A DNA stretch of 63,457 bases, counting the filler, from Choristocarpus tenellus KU-1152 (lineage: Eukaryota; Protista; Phaeophyceae), in assembly GCA_964200185.2 (NCBI GenBank). It is 12 parts of 12 records of this genome, joined end to end, with 100 filler letters (N's around TTAATTAATTAA, not from the genome) between each part and the next. Parts side by side here need not be neighbours in the genome. Positions count along the whole stretch, not along the records: positions 26,295 to 29,172 come from CAXNAD020023984.1; positions 29,273 to 37,195 come from CAXNAD020005390.1; positions 37,296 to 42,943 come from CAXNAD020010141.1; 9 more parts are not named here. One strand, given 5' to 3'. The position numbers were made by a program, and so were the translations under genes. This document shows, in pieces, positions 26,848 through 38,251 of this stretch. The notes beneath the pieces are model-generated. The model was given only the letters and a program-made list of their open reading frames with translations. It was not told the DNA's origin and made no database searches. Numbering within the stretch: the stretch's first letter is position 1; every line of letters starts with the position of its first letter.

Positions 26848-27814
26848 CTTTTGGTACATTCTGCGGATCTCTGCTAGTGACACTTCTTTCTTCTTTGTCT
26901 GTCACTTGATAGCTTCTTGGAGCTTGTGCTGAAAATATATCTTATCGTATAACGTGCGCTCAACCACACTCTCGGTCGCGTCGTTGAATGCTATAAGCAT
27001 GACGGTGCAGTGGGCGAACGGGACAAGGGTTAGGTGGGGAGCGGTCGTGGGACACACGCGGCCTGCGGCACCGAGAAACATGTTGCTGTGGACAGGAATA
27101 CCACGAGGGATAAAAAAGATGAGCAACGAAAAGATCCACGATGGACTGACTGACAATGAACATAGCAAGGGAAACTCGGCAACAACTTCGTATATCAGAA
27201 TAGTCATCAGGCGATCATGGAATAACGTCATGATTATCAACTTACTTTGTTGCTTACTTGATGGTAATAGTCATCAGGCGAACATGGATCAACGAGAACA
27301 CTCAACTTACTTTTTTGCTTAGTTGATCAGAACGGTCAGGCGATTATGGAACAACGAAAACACTCCATCACCCACCGTTGGCAATTAGCCTCTCTTCTGC
27401 TTGGTTGAACTCCATATAGATCCGCATGGTGAAAGCGCGCTCAGGATCAAACTCTCTCTTCAGCACCGTTATTCTATGGTTTCCGTCCAATACACGCCCT
27501 TCAATGGCAAGTGCAGTTTCGGCGTTGAGCTGATCCACATTACCTAAACATTCTCGCTGGATGACAACATTTGGAGCAAACTGCTCCAGCCAGCCTTTCT
27601 CCTTTATAGACTTCCTCACGCGCGCAAGGCCACGCTCGCTTAAAGGACGCACCATCTCTGTGCATGTGACGTTTGTGAGTTTCACCTTGTACGAGCCGAG
27701 GTAGTGATGCTCTAGGAGCTGGGACATGCCCTTCAGAGTTAAGTCCCACATTCTTGATCCATGGGCAGTGCCATCGGCGGGCGGGTGGGTTGTTGTTGAG
27801 GGCATGTTGGACAT
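26848..27814 (-). CDS. Spliced ParB/Sulfiredoxin-like N-terminal domain protein (possibly pseudogenised)
   Basis: Exon 1 27376-27814: VRPLSERGLARVRKSIKEKGWLEQ...RVLDGNHRITVL...ERLIAN. Phase-1 intron 26991-27375 (GTGGGT...CTAAC branch...TAG). Exon 2 26848-26990: AFNDATESVVERTLYDKIYF...IK*QTKKKEVSLAEIRRMYQK|GTGAG. Confidence 0.72.
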
Positions 27815-28562
27815 GGCAAAGATTGGGAGGGTGTGATGGGGATGGATAAGTAAGAGGTCTGCGTGGTATCTATGGAAGGGAATGAATTGAAATGAGGACT
27901 GAGGGATGGGAGGTGCTGTTTTATTTCATCTGGTCTGTCCATCCTCAAAACTCAGATTTCACAATTTTTAGGAGAATTGTGTTATAAAAAATACCAATAT
28001 CAAACAGCATACGATTTCATATTGAACGGTGACAGAGAGTAACTGTATTTTTGTGACCTTTTCGTTTCGTACGTTTCAAACGTATTAGGTCAATAAAGGA
28101 TGTGGTTTGTATCTATATTTCTTGATGTAAAGATTAGAATATCATTCTAATTTTGTAAAAACCCTAACGACGTGTTTTGGGTGTTCAACGGTAAACAAGA
28201 TTCGCGCGGATCTTGAATATCATATATCCGCTTTTTAAATAAATAGTGGGTACCACTTGGAAGTGTCCTTTTAGTTTTTGAAAATTGGAAACGTGTGAGA
28301 CCCATAAAGTGCGTTCTTGGTATTTAAAAAAAAAAAAAAACTTTATTACGGTTATTACTGGATTTACTATATAAAAAACCCCTAACGCACGTGTAAAGTG
28401 CATCTTTAGGTATTCCAGATCCGCGCTGATCAGTTTTACCCAAAGAACCACTTTTTATCTCCTCTACAGAGTATGACAATCGATATGTCCGATTTAGTAA
28501 GATTTTGTACTTCAAATATGTAGAGGGTTAGAGTTGTTTCTTGACGTTTTGGTTACTGTAAA

Positions 28563-29172
28563 TTGGAAATGTACAAGATCAATTAAGTATGTGATTGATA
28601 TCTTAAAAAATACATATCACTGATATAATTGGATTTAGTAAAAATAGAAATCACGGATACAATCTGATTTACAACTTCCGAAAAATGTAACGCACGGATT
28701 TTCAGGATCATGGATCTCAGGGTGGTCCCACCGATCGCCCGAGGATCAAACAAAGTTGATTTCGGAACATTGGAAATGTACAATAACAATTAAGTATGTG
28801 ATTGGTATCTATACAAATCACTGATATAATTGGATTTAGTAAAAATAGAAATCACGGATACAATCTGATTTACAATTTCCGAAAAATGTATCGCACGGAT
28901 TTTCAGGATCATGGATCTCAGAGTGGTCCCGCCGATCGCCCGAGGATCAAACAAAGTTGATTTTGGAACATTGGGAATGTACAGTAACAATTAAGTATGT
29001 GATTGGTATCTTAAAAAATACAAATCACTGATATAATTTGATTTAGTAAAAATAGAAATCACGGATACAATCTGATTTACAACTTCCGAAAAATGTATCG
29101 CACGGATTTTCAGGATCATGGATCTCAGGGTTGTCCCACCGATCGCCCGAGGCTCAAACAAAATTCATACGC
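28563..29172. repeat. ~207-bp tandem repeat (3 copies, runs into contig end; more degenerate units at ~28200-28560)
   Basis: Units start at 28563, 28770, 28971 (ttggaaatgtaca...caaagttgatttcggaaca). Confidence 0.95.
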
Positions 29173-29272
29173 NNNNNNNNNNNNNNNNNNNNNNNNNNNN
29201 NNNNNNNNNNNNNNNNTTAATTAATTAANNNNNNNNNNNNNNNNNNNNNNNNNNNNNNNNNNNNNNNNNNNN

Positions 29273-32200
29273 CACCCCTTCCTGGAATGCCAAGGCCTGC
29301 TGGAGGGGTCCCCCTGCCTCCCCCTCTCCCTGGAATGCCAAGGCCTGCTGGAGGGGTCCCCCTGCCTCCACCGTTACCAGGTATGCCCCGTGGTGTACCT
29401 CCCCCGCCACCGATGCCTGGCATGCTTCCAAGGGGACCTGGGGGGCTGCCACCGCCACCACCTTTGCCAGGAATGCTCCCCCGGCCACCTGGGTTGCCTG
29501 GAGCACCACCAATGCCTCCCCCGGGTGGATTGTCTCGAGGGTTGATGCCCCCCCCTTCCTTGCCAAAGAAACCTCCTGGACCAAAGAGGCGAGCAGTGCA
29601 CTGGAATAAGTTCACACCTGTCAAAATGGAAAAGACTGTGTTCAATGAGATCAATCCTGATTCAGTGGTAAGTGGTTTGGTGGGGGGAGAGACTGCGTGG
29701 AGAAGGAAAATAAAAAAAAGGATGTTAGGAGGGGGAGGGGAGTAGTGAGGGGGGAGTTGTTTAGTGCTTTCAAGTGTTCGTATCTCCTGCATTATTTTTA
29801 TTTTGAGTGTTCCATTGTGTAGGTGTGTACACCATGCAAGTTCGCAGGTTGCAGCAACTCCCTTGTTTGTGGAGATTGAGAGTTTATGTAACCAGGATAA
29901 TTAGTGTTATTATTTCTGTTGTGTATGTGGTGACTTTGATATTGATATTATAACTACAATTATAAATGATAACAGCCATTGTTCTAGTTGTTCCTAAAAT
30001 AATAGAAAAAAAGTGCCCCCATTGTTCTCTCACTCTCCCAGTTCCATTGTTTCCACTTGTATATTTTTCTATTTGTATTTATTTTTATTTATTTGTATTT
30101 TTGTAGGTTCTCCCACTACAGAACCTGAAGGACGCCTTTGTGGAGAAACCCAAAGAGGTGAAAAAGCCCACTGGTGCAGCTGAGGACGGTAAGGGAGAGG
30201 GTGGTGCAGGAGATGGCAAGAAGAAGAAGGAGAAGGTGTCTCTCTTGGATTCCAAAACACTGAGGAACACTGGTATTGTGTTCAAGCGTTTCAGGTGAAA
30301 GAAAGATAAACATAGAAGTGCATTTGAGAATTTTGTTATAATTTGATTATTATAATTTGATTATTATAATTTGATTATTATAATTTGGATTATTATAATT
30401 TGGATTATTACTTAATTATTATTAGCCCATTAGGTTGTGTGGGAGTGTGATTGGATTGCAGTATGATGTGATGTGATGTGATGCAATGTGGTGTCACAAG
30501 AGAGGCATTTGTTATGAGATGAACACTAGAATTTTTTGAAACTAAGAAATCCCCCTTCCCCCACCCCATATTGTCGTATTTTGAGTGTGCCTTGTGCCTT
30601 TGTTTGTCTCCCTCTGATCGACTATGGTGTGGAATATGTACCTATGTAGGAAAGGCATAGGAAGGCAGCGTAACATATGATAGAATCCTCACATAGAATA
30701 CTTGTAAACGCCTACGATTTTTTCTGTAAACCCTTTGTCTGAAGCTGTTTTCACCAATACTGTCTGATCCTAACCCTGGCAACCATGTGAGTGGAATGTG
30801 TATCTGTTCATAGGAAAGGGAGGCACCCTATTCATGTTTGATGATGTGTGACCTTGTGTAGTTGACATCTGAGTATTTTTTGCTTGTTGATTGTTGATTG
30901 TTGATTGTTGATTGTTGATTGTTGATTGTTGATTGTCCCAGGAAAAAACCTAATGACCTATGCAACATAATCCTGAAAATGGACTTGAAGGAGCTTGATG
31001 CGGACACACTCATTGCCTTGCGTTCCATTGTTGCTACACCTGACCAACTCCCCACTCTTAAGAACTACAAGGGGGAGCTCTCTGATTTAGATGAGGTGTG
31101 TGTGTGGGGGGAGGGGAACTATAGTGCCGCTGAGGGCTATTGTATAAGGTTGGTTGGTAGTTGGTTTTTGGGATGTACAATGGGCGGGGCGGAGGGTGAT
31201 GAAACAGCATGCAGTATTGGAGAGTTAGTGTTTAAGATGTGGGGTTGTTCATGGAGGTGTGACAAGGGAAAATTGGTTTAGTATAGTATAGTATATAGTA
31301 TAGTATATAGTATAGCATAGAATATAGTATTGTATAGCAGAGTATAATGTATAGTGTAGTGGAGTAAAGTTTGCGATTAATGGTGATACAAGATACATGG
31401 TGTGATATTACTTCCTATGCAGAATGTATTATTATTATTATTAATAATAATAATAATGGTATAGTACTCGGTTAATGTATGCGTGCTTGTTTTTATTTTT
31501 TATAGGGTTTGCAAGAGGTTGGAGATTCAAAGGCTTACGTAGTGATGGAGTTCAGAAGTTGTGAGTGGGGAATGTGGGATTTGGAATGTGGTGTGCTGTA
31601 TTGAATAAGTCTCTTGAGGGACTTGATTGATCTATTTCATGTGAAAGGAATGGTGTAAAATGTTGTACAGGTCATCAGTATACCTGTTGATATTTTTTTG
31701 TTGTAGCAGGGTAAATTATTTGAGAATGATACTAAGGATTAGGGCTTTAAAAATTAGAGCTAGGGCAATCGTACTGTCAATAGTTTTACAAGATAGAATA
31801 GGGGTTGTCCTTCTGGTGGTGAGATACTGTCAGATAAATAGAATATTGTTAGGTAGAATACTGTTAGGTAGAACATTGTCAGATAGGATTGTGAGGATTT
31901 TGGCTGGAGGTTGTGTGTGTTGGTTCAGTACTGCATTGACTGGTATGTGGTGGTATGTGGTGGTATGAAAGGATGAAAGGGAAATGTTTGTGTTGAAGTT
32001 TACATCTGTGACAGAGGTTAGGGAAGTGTATCTACTACTGTTGGTTGTGGGCAACAAACATATCTACTTACCTTCTTACCTACATACATATATTTTCCAT
32101 GACTTTATGTGTTCAGTATATTATTGATATTAAAAGTAAACACTATCACATGAACATTAATATGAATACAAAGTCTCAAACCCACACTTTGCTGCCCTTG

Positions 32201-35200
32201 ATTATGGCATTCCCCCCCCCCCCCCCCCCCCGTTGGGTCCTTTTTTTTTGTTTTTTTTCTTATTTGGTCTTTTTCTACAACACTTTTTTGTTTTTTTTNN
32301 NNNNNNNNCCCCCTCCCCCCCATAGGTGCAGCAGTTCATGGTGCTTACTGCACGTATGGCTCGTTACCAGAACAGACTTGACTGTCTCATTTTTATGCAA
32401 GGATTTCAAAATGATGCAGAATTCCTGATAGAGAAGCTGGGACTGGTCCGTGATGCCACATTGGAGGTGAAGGCAGATGCATGAAATGACTATGAAGGTT
32501 GTCTTTGTATTTTTATATTGTCGTGTATGATGTGATGTGATGTGATGTGATGTGATGTGATGTGATGTGATGTGGTCATAACATAAAGTGCTTATGGAAG
32601 AAATGCACCTAAATCTGTGGCCTTATAGCTTTGTGTTTTGTATGAGGTAGGGGTTGGGGTTAGGGTAAGTAGGTTGAGAATGGTATAACTCTGAATTGAT
32701 GAAGAGATTGATTGTAGGTGTTTGTCAAATTGCTGTGTTGGAAGGTGGGTTTTTGAAGGTATCCATAAGCTAGGTATGTTACTGTCCCAAGGTTTAGGGT
32801 TAGGGTTAGAGTTTACATTCGGTGTTAGTGTTGGAGATAGGTTGTTGATTAGAGGGGTAGGGTTCAGTACCAAAGAGTGAATGTATCTGTTGGAGTGTTT
32901 GTGTCGCTATGGTTTAAGTTGAAGGCTATTGGCAGTACAGTAGCTGTGATATTAGTATTACTATTGTTACTATTACTGTAAGCATTATTCTTACTATTTG
33001 TAGGAAGGAGGTTTAATGGTGGGATAGGAATGACACTATGTAACACTATGTAACACTATGTAACACTATGTAACACTATGTAACACTATGAGTGCCTACA
33101 TGCATGGGTGAACACTACACCTTGATGAGTGCCTTTTGGTATGGTGGAATGGGCAGGTGGGGGAGTCACCCAAGCTAAAGCGGATCATTGAGGTGGTCCT
33201 GGCCATGGGAAACTTTCTCAATGAGGGCACTCGGAATGGGGAGGCCCGTGCCATCAAGCTTGACTCTCTACTGAAGCTAAACACTGTCAAGTGAGCAACA
33301 GCGTGCTAATCGGGAGGTGGGGGGGTTGGGGGGTGGGGGGGGTATGATGGGTTGGAGCTTGTGTAGAGGGACAATTGGATTAGTGTGCTATAGTTTGCAC
33401 ACACACATGTAGACTAGAATGATGTACTGTATGCTGTGTCTGTTATGAAGATTGCATTGTTGTTTGACTGGCGATGGCGATGGCGATACTTATCAATACT
33501 TGTCAATACTTATCAATGCTTGTCAATACTTGTCAATACTTGTCATTGCTTATCAATACTTATCAATACTTATCAATACTTGTCAATACTTATCAATGCT
33601 TATCAATACTTGTCAATACTTATCAATGCTTATCAATACTTGTCAATACTTATCAATGCTTATCAATACTTGTCAATACTTATCAATGCTTATCAATACT
33701 TGTCAATGCTTATCAATACTTGTCAATGCTTATCAATACTTGTCAATGCTTATCAATACTTATCAATGCTTATCAATGCTTATCAATGCTTATCAATACT
33801 TCAGGACAACAGACAAGAAGAAGACCCTTCTTCACTTCTTCTGTGACTGGGCCAAGGACAACGAGCAGCATCTCCTGGACCTACACAAGGATGTGGAAAA
33901 GTCAGTAGAGGCCTCCAGGTGGAGTCTGCTGGAGCTGAAGAAGCAGGTAGGTGTAACCCTTGAGGTTGTGAGCCTACCCTCAACCTTTCATTTTATATAT
34001 ATATATATATATATATATTTTAATCTTTTTTGATTTTTTGGCCTTTGGGCGCTACAGAGCTATTTTTCTATTTATTAACAATAGGTTTGGGATATGTGCA
34101 GTACAAAGTTTAACAGGTTTTTATCCCTCAAATATCCCCCTTGAATAGCGTCCATACTTCCTCCCACTGTGACAGACCTTGACCTTTGAACATGATTAGC
34201 TTTTGAACATCTGCCATTTCTTTGCCGTTTTGATTGTTTTTGTGCTTGATATGGAATAAACCTATGCACCAATGCACTTATGTACTTATGTACATATGTA
34301 CTTGTTTGTACATTTGTGTGTAAGTAGGTGACACAGGTTTCTAAGGGGTTTACACTGCTTAGAAACCAACTGGAGATGGCCAAGAAGCCAGCGGTTACAC
34401 CCATGGAGGGGGACCAGTTTGTGGACGTGATAGAGCCCTTCCTGGAAAAAGCACAGGTGGGAAGTGTATCAATAGTGGCATTGGTGAATCAGGGACATTA
34501 TAGGGGCAGGGGGTGTTGGAGCTTGGGATTGGTGGCTTTTTTGAGATGTTGGGTGCTCTTTAAATGTTTGCAATGTTTGCAATTTGTTCACTGCAGCTGA
34601 ATTTTTGGTATGATTGCTTTATCAAGCGTTAGACAACACGATTTATCAAGGGTGATTCTTTACTTTGAGTCTCTTGGTTTAAAATATTGTGTGCACTCAT
34701 CTACTCATGTGTGAAGTGTAATACACCAGATGTAAAGTTTAGGTATTATGTCTTGATGGATACTGCCTATCTTTCTCCTCTTTCATATATTGTTATTTAA
34801 AACATAGGCATTTATACTTATGTTTTATTTATTATTTTTGTCTTAACACCTCATCGTGTTGTTGCCTTATATTTTCCCTTTGTGGTGTTTTGGTTGGTGT
34901 TTTGGTTACTATCAATGTGTGTGTGTTGATGTTATGTGATGTCATGTGATGTTACTATCAATGTGTGTGTGTTGATGCTGTCGTTGCCCTCATAGGATCG
35001 CTTTGAAACGTTGGAGACCAGATTGAAGGAGGTTAATGATGAGTATGAGTCTGTGGCAGAGCGTTACGGAGAGGATCCACGAAAGACAAACAGTGGTGAC
35101 TTCTTCCTCCTTGTGTCTGTGAGTATGTTAGAAGGGGTGGAGTGATGGGGGGTGGGAAGGGTAGTTGTAGTTTAGATTTTTTATTTAAACACTGCAGTGG

Positions 35201-36687
35201 ATGAATTAAGTCGTGGAAGATACAGACTTTGTTTGACTGATGAGGGCATGGGGAGAGAAGATGGGGGGAGGAGGGGGAGGAGGGGGGGTGGGGGGGGTAC
35301 AATTTATGTGTGAGNNNNNNNNNNGGCCCGCAGGGGGGCGCTGGGCCGCGAGTGAGGGGGCGAAGTCGAAGGGGGGGTACAATTTATGTGTGAGTTAGCA
35401 GTGTCGGTGGTGAAAAGTAGAGGGAGATACAATTGTACAGAGATGGCTCTTGCTATTTCTTGTCTACTCCCAGCCTACCCCCCCTCCTAGTGAGTTTTAG
35501 AAGTACTTCTTACTTTGTTGTCATATTTATACTAACTAGGCTAGGTGTGGTTGGAGGGAGAAGGTGACTCTTGCAGTGACTTGCATTTGACTTGTTGGGG
35601 GAGTGGAGGTGGTATGTTTGTGACTGATAGGTGCTGTTGTGTGTGTTGGAGTGTGTGCTATGACATAAGGTATACCTTGGATGGTGGGATTTTTTGTGTC
35701 CATGGTAAAATTTTAGTGACATACGTTTGTTTTATTCCTGTGTGTTGTATCCCTAACCCTAATCCTAATCCTAACCCTAATCCTCCTAAAATGTTTCCAT
35801 TGGTGTTAACTCGATGCTGTAACCCTCAACAGTTAGGGTTAGGGTTGGAGACTTGCTGTTGAACTTTCCACTATCAAAATATACTTTTTTTGTTTTTTTG
35901 TTGTGCCTCAAGTTCAACCTCGTACAATGTAAGAATTAAAGATTCGATTTTTATTAGTCTTGTGTCATTCGCTGCCACTCTTGGTACCACTCTTGTCCAG
36001 GACTTTGTTGACATGTTGAATGTGGCTGCAAGGGAGAATGAGCAGAGGGCTAAGGCTGAAGAGAGGAGAAGGAAGCGAGAGCTACAGGAAAAGAAGAGGT
36101 ATACCTTGATATGTCAGCTGGGGAGGGAGGTTGACCCTTTTTTTTTGTTTATGACTGTTACGTTGTGTTTGAACATGTGTTGTTGTTTTAGACAACTTTT
36201 TTTTTTTGGTTTTTTGGACTGTTCAACTTTTCTGATGTATTTTATTTTACACCTGTTTGTGTCTTTGTGATGTCTTGTGTGTTATCTTGAATATATTAGT
36301 TTAAGTTGGTGGTGGGTGGGTTATATTGATGTGTATTACTGGTACTAGGCTACGGTGGTGTGGTTTGTACCTCATGTTAACCTTTTCTTATGTCATGGAA
36401 GGCATTCTTTACCTCCCCATGTCCTCTCGAGGTGTTGATGGAATGGTACCATTTAAGTGTTTCCTCCCTGCATTTGACACACTCCCTGTAACTGAAAATG
36501 TAACTGTAAATGTAGGCGTGAGGAGAAGGCTGCAAAGGCGCTAAAGAGTGAGTTAGACTCATCGTCTAGACATGGTAAGGCTGGTGCTACTGTTAGTGGA
36601 GTGGGAGGACGCAACAAGGCAGTTGGGTTAGGAAACTTGCTGGCTGATGGGGCCAATCGCATGAGGCTAGTGGTTGCTCGACCTGAA

Positions 36688-36726
<39 letters not shown>

Positions 36727-36741
36727 GAGGAGGAGGGGACA
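29273..36741 (+). CDS. Formin (FH1 + FH2), 5'-truncated
   Basis: Poly-Pro FH1 and RRAVHWNK to 29667. Phase-compatible exons 30107-30294 ([19 protein letters not shown]), 30942-31095, 32326-32466 (QFM...RYQNRL), 33157-33290 ([10 protein letters not shown]...[10 protein letters not shown]), 33805-33946 (TLLHF), 34328-34456, 34996-35118 (YGED...FF), 36001-36098, 36516-36741. Confidence 0.95.
30883..30936 (+). repeat. (TTGTTGA)n microsatellite abutting a formin 3' splice site
   Basis: Directly visible. Confidence 0.9.
33486..33800 (+). repeat. 10-bp minisatellite (TTRTCAATRC)n, about 31 copies, abutting a formin 3' splice site
   Basis: Directly visible; ends 4 nt before the exon at 33805. Confidence 0.95.
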
Positions 36742-37295
36742 GTGAGTGAATATGTGGGGGTGGGTGGGGATTGATTGGTCTGTTGGTGATCGATCTCTGT
36801 TGTACATCTTGCAAGTTTTCATGTAGGACACAGGGTAGAAAATGCTAGGAACAGTACCCTAACCCTAGTACCTTAGTGGTAGTACTAGGTGGTATACCTT
36901 TATTAGTGCTGCACTTACTACTGTGGTTGGTAGTATTGTGCTCGTTGAATTTGGTGCTTAATCCTAGTGCTAGTTGGTTGTGACGATCAAAAATATTTGT
37001 TCAGGGGGGCAAGCAGGACAATTCCTCCACTTCCCCTCCCCCCTTTGGATTTGGAAGAAGTTGAGATGATACAACATTACCTTCTAAGTCCTTGTTGTGG
37101 TTTTCAAATGTGTTCCTATTAATTTCACGGTGTTGTTTGACAGCTGTACAACCAATACAACACACACGTTACACCTATTTACTGATTCCTCCCCCNNNNN
37201 NNNNNNNNNNNNNNNNNNNNNNNNNNNNNNNNNNNNNNNTTAATTAATTAANNNNNNNNNNNNNNNNNNNNNNNNNNNNNNNNNNNNNNNNNNNN

Positions 37296-37316
37296 CCCCC
37301 CCAGATACTTTGACTC
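37296..37316 (+). mobile_element. MITE family B terminus at contig start
   Basis: ccccccc-agatactttgactc. Similar termini at 19201-19215, 46148-46162, 58745-58810 and possibly 46263-46285. Confidence 0.7.
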
Positions 37317-38251
37317 TGATCCCCATGATGGATGCATCGACGGAGTCAACCATATCCTGTGTGACGCAGTCATCATCATGCACGGACGTTTTGTCATCAT
37401 CCTCATGCCTCGTATTAGATAGTGCTGTATTTTCCACGTCTCCGCCCTTTCTGGCAGAAGTGAAGACATCCGCAAAAAAGCTAGATTCTAAATCGCTTCC
37501 GTCATTTCCTCGAGGCTGTTTGAACAGTCTGATCCGCCCAGCACCTTCTCCCAACCTATTCTTCCTTAATGACCACGCAATGGAATATGTCGAGGATGTT
37601 AGGCACGTGCAATCTGCTAACCACCACACTCTCTCCTATCGATATGGATTCAGCCTTCTCGCAACTGCGGTGTGGGAATATCTTCTACATGAACCTCCTG
37701 TGCTCGCCTATCTGGAGGTTCACTCCGACGTCTGAGGCCCATTGCATTGTGACGTGGGCCGGGAGGTTGATGCCACATGGGATATTATCCTCCTTCGCTA
37801 TGCACTCGATGATGACCCTCAGGAGCATGACCCTATGTTGTCCATTCAGACAAAACAAGACGCTATTGTCATATTCCGGATCCCTAGTGTCGCCATCCTC
37901 ATCTAGTTCCAGGTTGTCATTCACAATGTAGTGCGCGAGCAGTTCGCCGTTGGGCACATCAAAGGGTATCTTTGCCCTGCGAATGTTGGCCTTGAGCTTA
38001 TGGATCGTTTTCCATCTCGAGCACAAAGAGAAATGCTGTCCACTCAGGATCCCCGCGAGCTTATCGGCAGCCACTTGTGGGTCCAGGCCCAGCATTGAAA
38101 ACATTGACTCTGCCCTATCCTTGTCAAGGAGATTGGCATTGAACCTCTGGGACAAGAAAGCACATATCGCCAGGTCGATCGTACGGGTCGCGCTGAAGTT
38201 TGACGTGATCAACTCTTTCGTCTTTTCCTCTTTTTGCCTCCAGACGACTGC
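37317..38251 (-). pseudogene. ParB-superfamily (xGQHR / DUF3723-like) domain exon, degraded
   Basis: Acceptor cacag| at 38251; open frame FNANLLDKDRAESM...SVLFCLNGQHRVMLLRVII to 37685. A different frame continues ERVWWLAD... (37317-37640), implying a frameshift or stop. Confidence 0.55.

Noticed and set aside
28583-28990. Duplicated 66-68-aa ORFs
   Set aside because: Products of the 207-bp tandem repeat with TTG starts; no coding evidence.
27815-29172. Canonical bacterial parS (TGTTTCACGTGAAACA) near the ParB-like genes
   Set aside because: No such 16-bp palindrome seen by eye here or at 38250-42943.
29217-29792. Gly-rich minus-strand ORFs
   Set aside because: Antisense shadow of the formin FH1 poly-proline region.
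33436-34033. Three overlapping 136-193-aa repeat ORFs
   Set aside because: Translation of a stop-free intronic 10-bp minisatellite; only 33805-33946 is a real exon.
36593-36814. Poly-His ORF
   Set aside because: Antisense of the (GAT)n poly-Asp tract in the formin exon.
27814-37685. Gene cluster ParB - formin - ParB (an actin-based partition system)
   Set aside because: The three genes lie on different contigs separated by artificial spacers, so the adjacency is not evidence of linkage.
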